Below, piece by piece: positions 19,291-29,740 of a DNA stretch of 64,000 nucleotides (its first letter is position 1; every line of letters starts with the position of its first letter). The notes beneath the pieces are model-generated. The model was not told the DNA's origin, did no database searches, and was given only the letters and a program-made list of their open reading frames with translations. Origin of the DNA: a bacterium. GTDB taxonomy: Bacteria > UBA9089 > UBA9088. A program made the translations under genes and the position numbers. Location of the stretch: positions 12,693-76,692 of the forward strand of contig JBFMDZ010000001.1 in the NCBI GenBank assembly GCA_040753555.1. Reading direction: 5' to 3'.

Positions 19291-19353
19291 GCTAATGGCT
19301 AAAAACAAGAGCCCGTAGCTAAACATATACTAAAGGAGCTAAACACATACCTT

Positions 19354-20325
19354 TCACCAAAATATTGCCAATCCAAAGATAAATATTATTGTTATTCCAT
19401 TTCTGATTATCTCTGAGATACCCACCAACTGTAAGCCTATCTTAGGACCAAATATTCCTATATAATAGGGCATAATATATTGAAACACCATGACAACACT
19501 CGAAAGAACACTTCCGATAAGGAGTGAAAGCACCACACCCTTTTGGGTAAGCTCGCCAGCTGATAAGAGGCTACCTGCCACAGTATAGGCAGCATTTGAG
19601 TGTGCCAAGAAGGCAGCAACTATTCCCAATCCTTCAGATGGTATAGGGAAATAAAGAATCACTCCCTTAAGTAGATGAGATAATCTCTCAAAAACCCCTA
19701 ATTCTATCAATAAGCAAGAGAGAATCAAGGTTGGAATTATTACCATAATTATCCGTTTAATCGTATAATTAGAATTCTTCAAGGCAGTACAGAACGCCTC
19801 TTTTAAAGGAAGAATCTTTTTCTTTTCAATACTTGTCTTTGAAGCAGCCCTTTTTTTTAGTATAAGTCTTGCCACTATCATTAGAAGTGATGTTTTAACC
19901 AGAGCTACCAGAACCAGAATAAGGAAGTATAAGAGGCCAGCAAGTCCTAAAAGAGGCAAAAGTATAGGCAACATACTCCGCCAGTGCATGAGGATTGCTG
20001 GAAATGTATTGATCATGGCGGCAAGGAATAACTCCTTCTTTTCAATAACCCCCTTATTATAATAATTAGCAAGCATAGAATTGGCAGATGTAGGTGAAGC
20101 AAAGGCAGAAAGAAAGATTATCCCACATTCATCCTGTAGGTGAGAAAATCTTGTAATTGGTCTTGCCAGAAAGGATAGTCTATCTACCCATCCTAAAGAG
20201 ACAATGAACTCAGCCAGTATAACTCCTAAGATAATGATAGGTACTGTCTTCAGAAGCAACCAACCTGCCATTGTTAAACTACTTAATAATATCTGGCTCA
20301 TCCCACTAACTTGGTGAAAGGGCAA
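19354..20325 (-). CDS. Polytopic membrane protein, nucleoside-recognition (Gate) domain-like. Putative transporter component.
   Basis: 323 aa, about 8-10 hydrophobic segments, co-oriented with the ABC genes. Confidence 0.3.
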   Translation of the reverse strand: MPFHQVSGMSQILLSSLTMAGWLLLKTVPIIILGVILAEFIVSLGWVDRLSFLARPITRFSHLQDECGIIFLSAFASPTSANSMLANYYNKGVIEKKELFLAAMINTFPAILMHWRSMLPILLPLLGLAGLLYFLILVLVALVKTSLLMIVARLILKKRAASKTSIEKKKILPLKEAFCTALKNSNYTIKRIIMVIIPTLILSCLLIELGVFERLSHLLKGVILYFPIPSEGLGIVAAFLAHSNAAYTVAGSLLSAGELTQKGVVLSLLIGSVLSSVVMVFQYIMPYYIGIFGPKIGLQLVGISEIIRNGITIIFIFGLAIFW

Positions 20326-21079
20326 TTATATGAGGTCTGCCTGCACTATTACTTACCTTCACCTCTACTCCATAGACCTCCCTTATGTTCTCTTCTGTAA
20401 AGACTGCCTCTACTTCTCCAGCAGAAAATACCCCTCCTTCTTTGAGCATCATTACCTTATGGGAGTATCGAGCTGCTAAGTTCAAATCATGTATAGCCAT
20501 TATGGCTGAAATCCCTCTTTTGTCTACTATATTTGTAATTAAATCCAAGACCTCCAATTGGTGCCTTAAGTCCAGATTGGAGGTTGGTTCATCAAGTAGA
20601 AGAATTTCAGGCTCTTGAGCCAACGCTCTGGCTATTACCACCTTCTGTCTCTCTCCTCCAGATAGCTGACTAAACTCTCTCGTAGCCATACCCTCAAGTC
20701 CCATCAAATTCAAAAGATGTGCCACTACTTCCTTGTCCTTGGTGCTTACAGACCAAGTTATATATGGTCTTCTACCAAGCAGCACAGTGTCAAATACTGT
20801 GGAATAGAAAGAAGAGTTTGCATCCTGTGGTACATAGCCTACAAGTTTGGCAATCTCTTGAGATTTCATCTGCTTTATGTTCTTTTCCTTTACCAAAATC
20901 TTGCCTATCTTAAACTTCAATATTCTGTTTATACATTTAAGGAGCGTAGTTTTTCCTGAGCCATTTGGTCCTACAAGGGCAAGTATTTCGCCATCTCCAA
21001 CTTCTAAACTTACTCCCCTTAATGCCTCAACGCTATTATAACTAAAATATACATCCTTAATCCTAAGTTTCATTGCCAA
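20306..21079 (-). CDS. ABC transporter ATP-binding protein (FecE/BtuD-like), paralog 1.
   Basis: GPNGSGKTTLL, LSGGERQ, LLLDEPTSNLD. Confidence 0.85.
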   Translation of the reverse strand: MAMKLRIKDVYFSYNSVEALRGVSLEVGDGEILALVGPNGSGKTTLLKCINRILKFKIGKILVKEKNIKQMKSQEIAKLVGYVPQDANSSFYSTVFDTVLLGRRPYITWSVSTKDKEVVAHLLNLMGLEGMATREFSQLSGGERQKVVIARALAQEPEILLLDEPTSNLDLRHQLEVLDLITNIVDKRGISAIMAIHDLNLAARYSHKVMMLKEGGVFSAGEVEAVFTEENIREVYGVEVKVSNSAGRPHIIALSPS

Positions 21080-22137
21080 TACTGTTTCCTTCTTGTTATA
21101 AGTAAATAGAGGAAGAATGGACCTCCTAAGAATGCTACCACTATCCCAACAGGAATGACAGTAGGAGCAATGATTGTCCTGCCTACAGTATCACTTGCTA
21201 AAAGAAGAAAGGCCCCTACAATACAAGAGCCTGGAAAGAGGAATCTATGGTCTGCACCAATAAGTGTTCTTGTTATATGAGGTGACATAAGGCAGATAAA
21301 TCCAATAATTCCTGTAAAACAGATGATTCCAGCCGTAGCCAAGGTTGCCAATACCATCACCACATTTCTTGTCCTGGTGGTGTTTACTCCCAAGCCCTTG
21401 GCCACATCTTCACCTGAGGCCATAGCATTCAAGTCCCAGGAGTACTTAGAAATACCTAATGTCACCAAAAGGGTGAGTATTCCTACTATGGGAAGCATAT
21501 CCCATCCTCCTGTACTCAATGTGCCAAACATCCAGTGAACTAAAGCATGGAGCTCTTCTTTTGTAGCAATATACTGGAGCAGAGATACAAAGGCACTTAT
21601 TATATACATAATGGCAATTCCAGCCAAGATAATGGTCTCTGAACTTACCCCCCTAAGCCTTGAAATACCAAGGACAAGAAAGGCAGCTCCAAGAGCAAAG
21701 ATAAAGGCATTTGATATGATGAAGTACTTCCCACTACTAGCTATGCTTGCCCCAAGGACGATGGCTACTGCTGCTCCAAGGGCTGCACCAGCAGATACCC
21801 CAACAGTAAAAGGACTTACCAGTGGATTCCGGGTTATCCCCTGCATGGCTGCTCCGGAGACTGCAAGTCCTGCACCAGCGATGATTGCCATCAGTATTTG
21901 AGGTAGTCTGAGCTGCCAGACGATTGTATCAGCCATCTTTGATGGTTCAAGGTTAAAGAAGGGAAAAGCCTTCTGAATGATTACTGAAAGTACCTCTGTT
22001 CTTTTAATATCTGCTGCTCCCTGAAAAGAAGCAAATACTGCCAGAATTACTATAGCTATAAGGCCTAAGATTATAAAGGCAAATTTCTTTGCTGTAAGAG
22101 TCTTATAGATATCTTTGTATGTGTTTAGTTCATCCAT
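21070..22137 (-). CDS. FecCD-family ABC permease (iron/nickel/cobalamin type), paralog 1.
   Basis: 355 aa, about 9 TM segments, FecCD signature region (RNPLVSPFTVGVSAGAALGA). Confidence 0.85.
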   Translation of the reverse strand: MDELNTYKDIYKTLTAKKFAFIILGLIAIVILAVFASFQGAADIKRTEVLSVIIQKAFPFFNLEPSKMADTIVWQLRLPQILMAIIAGAGLAVSGAAMQGITRNPLVSPFTVGVSAGAALGAAVAIVLGASIASSGKYFIISNAFIFALGAAFLVLGISRLRGVSSETIILAGIAIMYIISAFVSLLQYIATKEELHALVHWMFGTLSTGGWDMLPIVGILTLLVTLGISKYSWDLNAMASGEDVAKGLGVNTTRTRNVVMVLATLATAGIICFTGIIGFICLMSPHITRTLIGADHRFLFPGSCIVGAFLLLASDTVGRTIIAPTVIPVGIVVAFLGGPFFLYLLITRRKQYWQ

Positions 22138-22346
22138 TGTATGTGTTAAGCTTCCTTATGCTAAAGAGCCAAAAACGCTTTCTTTAATTGTAAATTTTAA
22201 ATTGTAAATTTTAAATTGTAAATTTTTTTAAAATACAAAATCTAAATCAAAACTTCTTCATTCCTCATTTCATTTTACAATTTGCAATCTACAACTTGCA
22301 ATTTACAATTATGTTTAGCGAAGCTAAACACGTACTTTCTTTTGCT

Positions 22347-25300
22347 TCAGCCATAAAGAACCTCCTTTACCTCTTTCATCTTTTTATCCCAATCTTTAAC
22401 CTCTTCAGAAGTCAATATATCTACTGAACCTCCCTGAAAGTCTCCCTCAACCTCACCCATCCTTTCCTCCAACAGCCCTTCAGTCTTAAGATAGGCTTCC
22501 TTCAATCCCTGCAGGACCTCCTCATCTGCCTTCCAAAGACCCCTCTGGGCTGCCTCAAGCAACCTCCTTTCTATCTCCTCTAAAGCCCAGGGATTATTCT
22601 CCTCAAAGAATTTGCGATTTTCTTCATTAAGACAAAATGTCTTCGCTATATCATCAAAGATCCAGTCATCAACCTCCTGGGTTGTTGCCTCCCAGCCATA
22701 TACCCTTCCTATACGCTGGGAAATGTCACCTGCCCCTTTGTATCCGTGTTGTTTCATCCCTTCAATCCATTTTGGGTTAAGCAGCTTTGTCCGCACTACA
22801 CGCCTGATCTCGTCTGCCATATCCCGCACCTCAATATGCTCTGGTTCACGGGTATCGCCGTAGTAAGTCTTGACCTCTTTACCCGAGATATGCCGGGCAG
22901 CCGCAGTCATCCCACCATGCGTGCCAAAATAGCAGCAGCAACCAAAAAGATCGTATTCATCAGATACTACTTTATTGTAGGTTATATCTACTGTTTTAAG
23001 ATTCTCTGCTAATTGCTTATGTTTTTCCTCTCCGAATATGCCTTTGCCATAGGCATACCCATTCCAGTAGATAAAGACATCTGAAAGATCTTTTTCATCC
23101 TTCCAGGCAGAGGCATAGACAGCCAGTTGTGTTCCTGCCTGGTAGGTGCCGGGTTTTGATGCAAAGACGCGTAAGGTAGCATTTCGCCAGGCATCATATT
23201 TATTTCCTTCACTCTCTTTTGCCTCTGCTAATTGTGCTAAAGAGTGCTTACGAACAAAGTTCATCTCTTCTGGTTCCGGCAATGAGGCTACTGCTTGAAT
23301 AGCCTCATCTACAAGCTCAATACAGTTTGGAAAGTTATCCCTCGTTATTCCAGACACCCGGATAGTAACATCAATTCGTGGCCTTTCTAATTCTTTTAAT
23401 GGAATTATCTCAAATCCTTTTACCCTTCCATTGGAAAGCCAGATAGGTTTAACTCCAAGTAGATATAATATCTGAGCCATCCCTTCACCGTCAGACCACA
23501 TAATATCATTGCACATCCAATAAATAGCTACATTCTCAGGGATTCTACCTTCTTCTTGCTTGTATTTCTCAATTACTGCCTCAGCAAGCTTCTGCCCAAC
23601 CTTCCAGGCAGCTTTACTGGGAATGCGGTATGGGTCAAGAGAATAAAAATTCCTGCCCGTAGGCAATATATCATCCCTGCCACGGGTGATCAAGCCTGAG
23701 GGACCTGGAGGGATATACCCGGAATCAAAGCCAGCAAGGAGTGCTTCTATCTCTTGTGATTCATCAATCCGGCGGTTCAAATCAGTTACCTTTTCCCAGA
23801 TTATTTTAAGGCTATCTATATACTCTGCATTCTTTAATCTTCCACCTAACACCTCATTAGCTAAGTTGCCTAAATCTTTCTCATTATTTATCATCCTACG
23901 GATGAATTCCTTGCAGATAGTATTTATCTCCTCAAGTAGTTCTCCGTAACTCCTCTTATGGTATGGACAGACCTTACCACCATCGGTTAGTAAATCAGAT
24001 AGATTCATACCCATCATTGCCGAAACAATCTTCCGTAGAGAAACCTCCTCACCGGCATCATAGCGCAAAATCGAATTTATGAACTCTACACGCCTTTCTC
24101 CTTCAGGCAACTGACCGAAGATGTGCATCCCATCCTGAATCTGTGTATTTCGTGTTCGGGATAGCACTAAGTGAGCAGCACAGGCTATCTCGTCAAAGGA
24201 GAGAGATTTGGCTTCATTTTCACTAATGTCTGAGAGCCTTATTCTCTTCTCTATACCTTCGGCATTTCTGCGGTTAATCTTAATCTCCTTGTCCAGATTT
24301 GTCTTCTTTATGGCTTCCATAATCAGATGCTCTAAGGCAGCTGCTCTTCCCGGGTCTAAATTCTTTATCTGTTCATATTCTCCCAAGAACCGGTCTAATT
24401 CTTCCAATTCTTCATAAAGCCCTCCCTGCATCATCACTGTCTGCATATGGTCAACCAAGGTAGCATAGCTCCTTCTTTTGGCAATAGTGCCTTCAGGTGG
24501 GTTGTCAGCATTATAGATATAAAGATGTGGGATGTCTCCAATACCTATATCCGGATAGCATTCGGCGGAAAGCCCTACTCCTTTCCCCGGTAGAAACTCC
24601 AGATTACCATGCGTTCCTACATGTATGATGACATCACCGAAATTTTTCTCCAGATATCGGTAAGTTGCCATGTATTGATGAGGGGGAGGAATATCAGGGT
24701 CATGGAGTATCTTACATACTCGCCCATCACATCTTGCACCCGCACAGCCTCTTTTTGGCTGAACACATACTACTGCATTGCCATACTGAACTCCAGTAAC
24801 CACAATCTTTCCATCATAAACCATAGCTGCAGGTACACCATTCACTTCCCTTCCTGGAGGCTCTCCCCAGGCACCATTCATCCGTTCTTTTACCTTTGGC
24901 GAAAGGGTATTGAACCAACTTTCATAATCCTTGGTGGAAATAAGTGATAGTGCTCCTCCTTTATTTACAATCTCATCAACGGTTGTCCAGCGAAACTCGC
25001 TGATAGCCTTTCGTTCCATAATAGTATCAATGAGTTCCTTGCCATTCTGAGGAGGGGCTACCTTATAGCCTACCTCCTTCATCCGCTGTATTATCCGAGC
25101 GACACTTTCTAAAGTATCTAAATGAGCACCAAGACCAACTGTCGCTTCAACTGAGGCACAAGGATTATTGTGGAAGATGAAAGAAACTTTTCTTTCATCA
25201 ATAGGCTTCTTCTTAAGCCTTATCCAGTTCTTTATTCTTCTTGCTATCTTATGGCATCTATCTTCTAAGGGGACTCTGGCTCGCAAACTTGCCCCTATAT

Positions 25301-26321
25301 CCAAGTCCTTTTCCCAAGATTTAGCACCGGCTATAATTGGCTCAATCCTCCCCTCAAATTCTGGAAAAGCCACATGATAGGCGATATCTTGAGTTAAACC
25401 TTCGGGATTATTTTTCCACTCTTCAATAGTCTTATAATAAGCATCTATAGGCTGAAATACTGGTACCCCTAATTTCTTTAAAACCTCGATACCTTTTTCT
25501 TTTGCATCCTTCGGCTCTTCCATGTTGCCTCTATCGTTCCCAAGAAGCGTCCATTGAAGGTTCACTAACGCATCAATTCTGGGAACTCCATCTTTAAGGA
25601 AATACTCACAAATTATCTCTGCGCTCCCTTTACTCCCCAACTCTTCATCCCTTACTGAGTAAGAAAAGGCAGGGATAACATCCAAATCCTGCTCTTCAAG
25701 TGCTCTTATTAACGCTTCCTCTACCCTTATATTTTCATCGACCCAGTAATTACGGAAGTAAAGAAGACCCACTTTAGGACCCTCTTTCGGCTTGTACTCT
25801 CTATACCATTTGAGATATTCATCCACATCATCAAAGTAAGAGGAAGCATTAGGATGGTAAATTCCTTCCCAAGGAAGTTTCTTGGGTGGTTTTACTTCTA
25901 TTTCCATTCCCGTAACTTCTTTGGCAATATAGCGCAGCATATTAGAGAAGTTTTCCTCCCCACCGAAAGTTACATAAGATTGGCAAGTAGCTACAATCTC
26001 CAGCTTAACCGTAGAAAGACTCCAGTAAGAAGGATCATATCCTATACAAATAATTGGTACTTCCTTTCTTATCTCCCTTATCCTATCTTCAATCTGGTCC
26101 CAGAAACCTTCGGTTGACCGGTGCAAAAAGACTACATCTTGTCCCTTCAGCTCATTCAACACCTCCTCGATTTTCTCTGGATATTCCCTGAGCAAATCCG
26201 CAGGGAACAACTTTAACTCTACAAAATCTAACTTCTTACTTGCCTGAGCTACCATCTCTGTAGAAGTTGCCCATGTAATAGCCCCTAACTTCATATGACC
26301 ACCTCCTTTTTTATATCTCAT
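22347..26321 (-). CDS. cobN: CobN-family chelatase large subunit (cobaltochelatase CobN / Mg-chelatase ChlH homolog), intact.
   Basis: 1324 aa. C-terminal NPKWIEGM...NNPWA motifs and family-wide length. Confidence 0.85.
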   Translation of the reverse strand: MRYKKGGGHMKLGAITWATSTEMVAQASKKLDFVELKLFPADLLREYPEKIEEVLNELKGQDVVFLHRSTEGFWDQIEDRIREIRKEVPIICIGYDPSYWSLSTVKLEIVATCQSYVTFGGEENFSNMLRYIAKEVTGMEIEVKPPKKLPWEGIYHPNASSYFDDVDEYLKWYREYKPKEGPKVGLLYFRNYWVDENIRVEEALIRALEEQDLDVIPAFSYSVRDEELGSKGSAEIICEYFLKDGVPRIDALVNLQWTLLGNDRGNMEEPKDAKEKGIEVLKKLGVPVFQPIDAYYKTIEEWKNNPEGLTQDIAYHVAFPEFEGRIEPIIAGAKSWEKDLDIGASLRARVPLEDRCHKIARRIKNWIRLKKKPIDERKVSFIFHNNPCASVEATVGLGAHLDTLESVARIIQRMKEVGYKVAPPQNGKELIDTIMERKAISEFRWTTVDEIVNKGGALSLISTKDYESWFNTLSPKVKERMNGAWGEPPGREVNGVPAAMVYDGKIVVTGVQYGNAVVCVQPKRGCAGARCDGRVCKILHDPDIPPPHQYMATYRYLEKNFGDVIIHVGTHGNLEFLPGKGVGLSAECYPDIGIGDIPHLYIYNADNPPEGTIAKRRSYATLVDHMQTVMMQGGLYEELEELDRFLGEYEQIKNLDPGRAAALEHLIMEAIKKTNLDKEIKINRRNAEGIEKRIRLSDISENEAKSLSFDEIACAAHLVLSRTRNTQIQDGMHIFGQLPEGERRVEFINSILRYDAGEEVSLRKIVSAMMGMNLSDLLTDGGKVCPYHKRSYGELLEEINTICKEFIRRMINNEKDLGNLANEVLGGRLKNAEYIDSLKIIWEKVTDLNRRIDESQEIEALLAGFDSGYIPPGPSGLITRGRDDILPTGRNFYSLDPYRIPSKAAWKVGQKLAEAVIEKYKQEEGRIPENVAIYWMCNDIMWSDGEGMAQILYLLGVKPIWLSNGRVKGFEIIPLKELERPRIDVTIRVSGITRDNFPNCIELVDEAIQAVASLPEPEEMNFVRKHSLAQLAEAKESEGNKYDAWRNATLRVFASKPGTYQAGTQLAVYASAWKDEKDLSDVFIYWNGYAYGKGIFGEEKHKQLAENLKTVDITYNKVVSDEYDLFGCCCYFGTHGGMTAAARHISGKEVKTYYGDTREPEHIEVRDMADEIRRVVRTKLLNPKWIEGMKQHGYKGAGDISQRIGRVYGWEATTQEVDDWIFDDIAKTFCLNEENRKFFEENNPWALEEIERRLLEAAQRGLWKADEEVLQGLKEAYLKTEGLLEERMGEVEGDFQGGSVDILTSEEVKDWDKKMKEVKEVLYG

Positions 26322-27094
26322 GATAAAGATTTTATTGGTATGATATATGGGCTTACTGAAGCTTTACTTATAATAGCTTCTACCCCATAAACTTCCCTTA
26401 TATTTTCTGGAGTAAATACTTCTTTGGGCTGTCCAATGGCAAAAATCTTTCCCTTCGTAAGAAATAGCATCCTGTCTGAAAATCTAGAGGCAAGATTTAA
26501 ATCATGAATGGCCATTACTATTGCTATAGCTTTCTTCTTTGCTAAAGAGCTGATAAGTTCCATAACCTCAAGCTGATGCCTTAAGTCCAGATTACTGGTA
26601 GGTTCATCAAGGAGCAAAACTTCAGGTTCCTGAGCCAATGCCCTTGCTAAAAGAACTTTTTGTTTTTCCCCGCCACTCAGCTCATTAAAATATCTTAGCA
26701 TCATATCTTCCAAATTCATTTCTTTTAGTATCTGAGAAACAATCTCTTTATCCTTAAAGCTTATACTCCAAGTGATATAAGGTTTTCTTCCTAAGAGCAC
26801 GGCATCAAAAACTGTTAAAGGGAAAGAGTAGGAGGAACTTTGGGGAACATAGCCTAAAAGCTTAGCCAATTCCTTTTGTTTAAACTTGCTTGTCTCATTC
26901 CCATCAAGATAGATAACCCCCTTTTGTGGCTTCAAAATCTTGTTGATGCACTTAAGAAGCGTACTTTTCCCTGATCCGTTAGGACCAAGTATGCTTATCA
27001 CTTCTTCACCTTTTACCTTCACGCTTACATCTTTCAGAGCGGGTCTACTTCCATAGGCGAAGCAAACTCCATTTATCTCTATTCTCATGTCCAA
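26318..27094 (-). CDS. ABC transporter ATP-binding protein (FecE/BtuD-like), paralog 2.
   Basis: GPNGSGKSTLL, LSGGEKQ, Walker B. Confidence 0.85.
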   Translation of the reverse strand: MDMRIEINGVCFAYGSRPALKDVSVKVKGEEVISILGPNGSGKSTLLKCINKILKPQKGVIYLDGNETSKFKQKELAKLLGYVPQSSSYSFPLTVFDAVLLGRKPYITWSISFKDKEIVSQILKEMNLEDMMLRYFNELSGGEKQKVLLARALAQEPEVLLLDEPTSNLDLRHQLEVMELISSLAKKKAIAIVMAIHDLNLASRFSDRMLFLTKGKIFAIGQPKEVFTPENIREVYGVEAIISKASVSPYIIPIKSLS

Positions 27095-28155
27095 TATTCC
27101 TTCCTTCTGGTTATTAAAAGATACACAAAGAATGGAACTCCAATAATCGAAGTTACAATTCCTACTGGAATTATGACTGGAGAAATAATATTTCTTCCTA
27201 TAGTGTCAGCGATGAGTAATAAAAGTGCGCCAAGGATACAGGAAAAGGGGAGAAGAAACCTATGATCCGCTCCGATTAGTAGCCTGGCTATATGCGGTGT
27301 GACAAGACAAACGAAGCCTATTATTCCAGTAAAGCAAATTATTCCAGCAGTAATTATTGTTGCCAATATCAGACAAATTATCCTTACTTGAGGGAGGTTA
27401 ACTCCAAGACTTTTGGCAACTTCATCTCCACCAGATATGGCATTTAAATCCCAGGAATGCTTCATTAAGAAGGGAAAGCAGAAGAAGAATATAATCGATA
27501 CCACTAATACATCATTCCAGCTTGATCCAGTGAGACTTCCAAATGTCCAATGGATCACTGCTTGAAGCTGTTTTTCAGTGGCGATGTATTGGAGTATAGA
27601 GGTAAAAGCTGAAAAAAGATACATCAGCGCAATTCCAGCCAGTATCAAAGTCTCTCCTGTTATTCCTCTCATCCTCGCCAAACCAAGAACTAAAAAAGCG
27701 CTGATTAAAGCGAAGATAAAAGCATTTGTTACCACTATGTATTTTTCACTTCCAAGAAGGCTAAACCCAAGGACAATGGCAATAGATGCTCCAAAGGCTG
27801 CAGCAGAGGAGACCCCAATGGTGAAAGGGCTTACCAAGGGATTTCGCGTAATTCCTTGCATCACTGCACCAGATATGGCAAATCCTGCTCCAGCGATTAT
27901 CGCCATTATAATCCGAGGAAGTCTTATATCCCAGATAATGTCCTCAGTAAACTCTGAAGTTTCTATATTGGCAAAGGGAAAAATTTTAGCCAAAATAGCA
28001 GAAGCTATATCATTTATCTCTATCTGGATAGTACCAATGGTGCAGGCTATAAGCCCCATACCTATAACTGCGCCAATACTGGCAAGAATAAATAATATCT
28101 TCCTTGCAGTAAACCTAAAATACAGGTCCTTTATTTCAGAGGTGGATATGCCCAT
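27085..28155 (-). CDS. FecCD-family ABC permease, paralog 2.
   Basis: 356 aa, collinear with paralog 1. Confidence 0.85.
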   Translation of the reverse strand: MGISTSEIKDLYFRFTARKILFILASIGAVIGMGLIACTIGTIQIEINDIASAILAKIFPFANIETSEFTEDIIWDIRLPRIIMAIIAGAGFAISGAVMQGITRNPLVSPFTIGVSSAAAFGASIAIVLGFSLLGSEKYIVVTNAFIFALISAFLVLGLARMRGITGETLILAGIALMYLFSAFTSILQYIATEKQLQAVIHWTFGSLTGSSWNDVLVVSIIFFFCFPFLMKHSWDLNAISGGDEVAKSLGVNLPQVRIICLILATIITAGIICFTGIIGFVCLVTPHIARLLIGADHRFLLPFSCILGALLLLIADTIGRNIISPVIIPVGIVTSIIGVPFFVYLLITRRKEYWT

Positions 28156-29237
28156 GTTCCTTCAAGTTCTACTCCCCAGAATTTCTTCCACATCTCTTCA
28201 TGTATCTTCTGAGGAGAAATATCGTAAAAGAGATTAGGATGAAACCATTTGGCAAAATAGCAAAGACCAACTATTCCTCTTGGCCCAGCAAGTATTTTTG
28301 AGTAAATGATATAGACCTTCCCTTCCTTTACAGCTTTCACATTTTTCAAAGTTCTCCTTCCAATTACCTCTTCCCATACCTTTTTCATTGTTTCCTCAGA
28401 TGGTGCCCTCCATACTTCTTCATTCTTCCAAAGAGAAAATTTAACGATTATATCTGGGTTTGCTTCCCTAACGAACTCAGGATCTACCTCTAGATAAGCA
28501 ACCGGCTGCTTTCCAATGCAATTTATTCCTCCTGCAAATTCTATCATCCAATTACCAAGATTCTTTGCAGAGTATTCACCCCATGGAGTTAGCAAGGTCT
28601 GTTTTTCTAAAGAGGAAACCGTATGATATTGCTGATAACGTTCTTTGTATACCTTTGGCTTCTTTTCAGGCTTTAAATCTTTGACCCTTTCTTTGATCAA
28701 GTTTAATTTACTCTCTATAAATTCCCAAAGCTCCTTTGCCCTCTTCTCTTTTCCTAACATCTTCCCAAATTGCTCAATCGCTCTATGTACTTCCTCATCT
28801 GTGTAACTTCTGAAGCAAAGAATAGGCATACCCCATTCCTCTAATTTTTCTGCCACTTCCTTCTTAAGATATGGATTAGCTATTACTACATCTGGATTAA
28901 GTTCACGAATCTTTTCCAGATTGGGTTCTACCCAGCTCTCTCCTACAGATTCTTTCTTTCTGAGTTCAGGTAAAAGTTGACTTTTAGGCGAATACATGAT
29001 ACCTACGATTTTATCCCCTTTCCCTAAAGCACAGATTATGTCAGCATTATATGTTCCTGATACGACTACAATTTTCTTAACCGGTTTTGATAAAGAGGTT
29101 TCCCTTCCTAAGTCATCAACAATGGTTATTTTCCCTCTAGGTGCCTTCTCAATCTTCTTCGGAACGGAAGAGAAGACCAAGCTTACTATTAAACCAAATA
29201 TCACTATGGCTATTATAGGCATTATTTTCACTTTCAT
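28131..29237 (-). CDS. ABC transporter periplasmic substrate-binding protein (FecB/CeuE-like), paralog 2.
   Basis: N-terminal signal/TM segment. Collinear similarity to the 18029-19138 protein. Confidence 0.75.
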   Translation of the reverse strand: MKVKIMPIIAIVIFGLIVSLVFSSVPKKIEKAPRGKITIVDDLGRETSLSKPVKKIVVVSGTYNADIICALGKGDKIVGIMYSPKSQLLPELRKKESVGESWVEPNLEKIRELNPDVVIANPYLKKEVAEKLEEWGMPILCFRSYTDEEVHRAIEQFGKMLGKEKRAKELWEFIESKLNLIKERVKDLKPEKKPKVYKERYQQYHTVSSLEKQTLLTPWGEYSAKNLGNWMIEFAGGINCIGKQPVAYLEVDPEFVREANPDIIVKFSLWKNEEVWRAPSEETMKKVWEEVIGRRTLKNVKAVKEGKVYIIYSKILAGPRGIVGLCYFAKWFHPNLFYDISPQKIHEEMWKKFWGVELEGTWAYPPLK

Positions 29238-29293
29238 CCTGCTTTTCCCCTTCCTACTAAAGCTTCTGTAATTTAACCACAGATGAACACAGA

Positions 29294-29740
29294 TTAAATT
29301 ATTAACCTTTCATATTCTAACTTTGGCTGAGCAAAATTTAAAATTAAACCAATCCGGTAACCAGATATCCTTAAATAATTAAGTAACTGTGCTCGATGAA
29401 CATCAGTAATTGTTTCTACTGATTTCACTTCTACAATAACTTTTTCTTCAACTATCATATCAGCAACATATAACCCTACTTCTTTCTTACGATAAAATAC
29501 TTTAAATTCTTTCTGTGTTACAACTTTCTTTTCTCTGAGAGTCAATTCCCAAGTAAGCCCATTTTCGTATACTTTTTCTAATAATCCACAACCCAAGGTA
29601 TTATGTACCTGAAATGCTGCATCTAATATCTCACTAGTTAGTTCCTTATAGAGAAATTCTTGTACTTTATCTGTGTTTACCTGTGGTTTCATATCTGTGT
29701 TTACCTGTGGTTTCATATCTGTGTTTACCTGTGGTTTCAT
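29294..29740 (-). CDS. GxxExxY protein (PD-(D/E)xK superfamily). Its N-terminus is built from a 24-bp x3 tandem repeat.
   Basis: [27 protein letters not shown]-terminal MKPQVNTD x3; the start could be any of the three Met codons. Confidence 0.6.
   Translation of the reverse strand: MKPQVNTDMKPQVNTDMKPQVNTDKVQEFLYKELTSEILDAAFQVHNTLGCGLLEKVYENGLTWELTLREKKVVTQKEFKVFYRKKEVGLYVADMIVEEKVIVEVKSVETITDVHRAQLLNYLRISGYRIGLILNFAQPKLEYERLII

Noticed and set aside
27578-28237. 219-aa plus-strand ORF. Similar antisense ORFs occur at 21323-21901, 17104-17943 and 50690-51292.
   Set aside because: These are antisense shadows of well-supported minus-strand permease, chelatase and aroE genes. Their composition is low-complexity Ala/Pro/Ile-rich.
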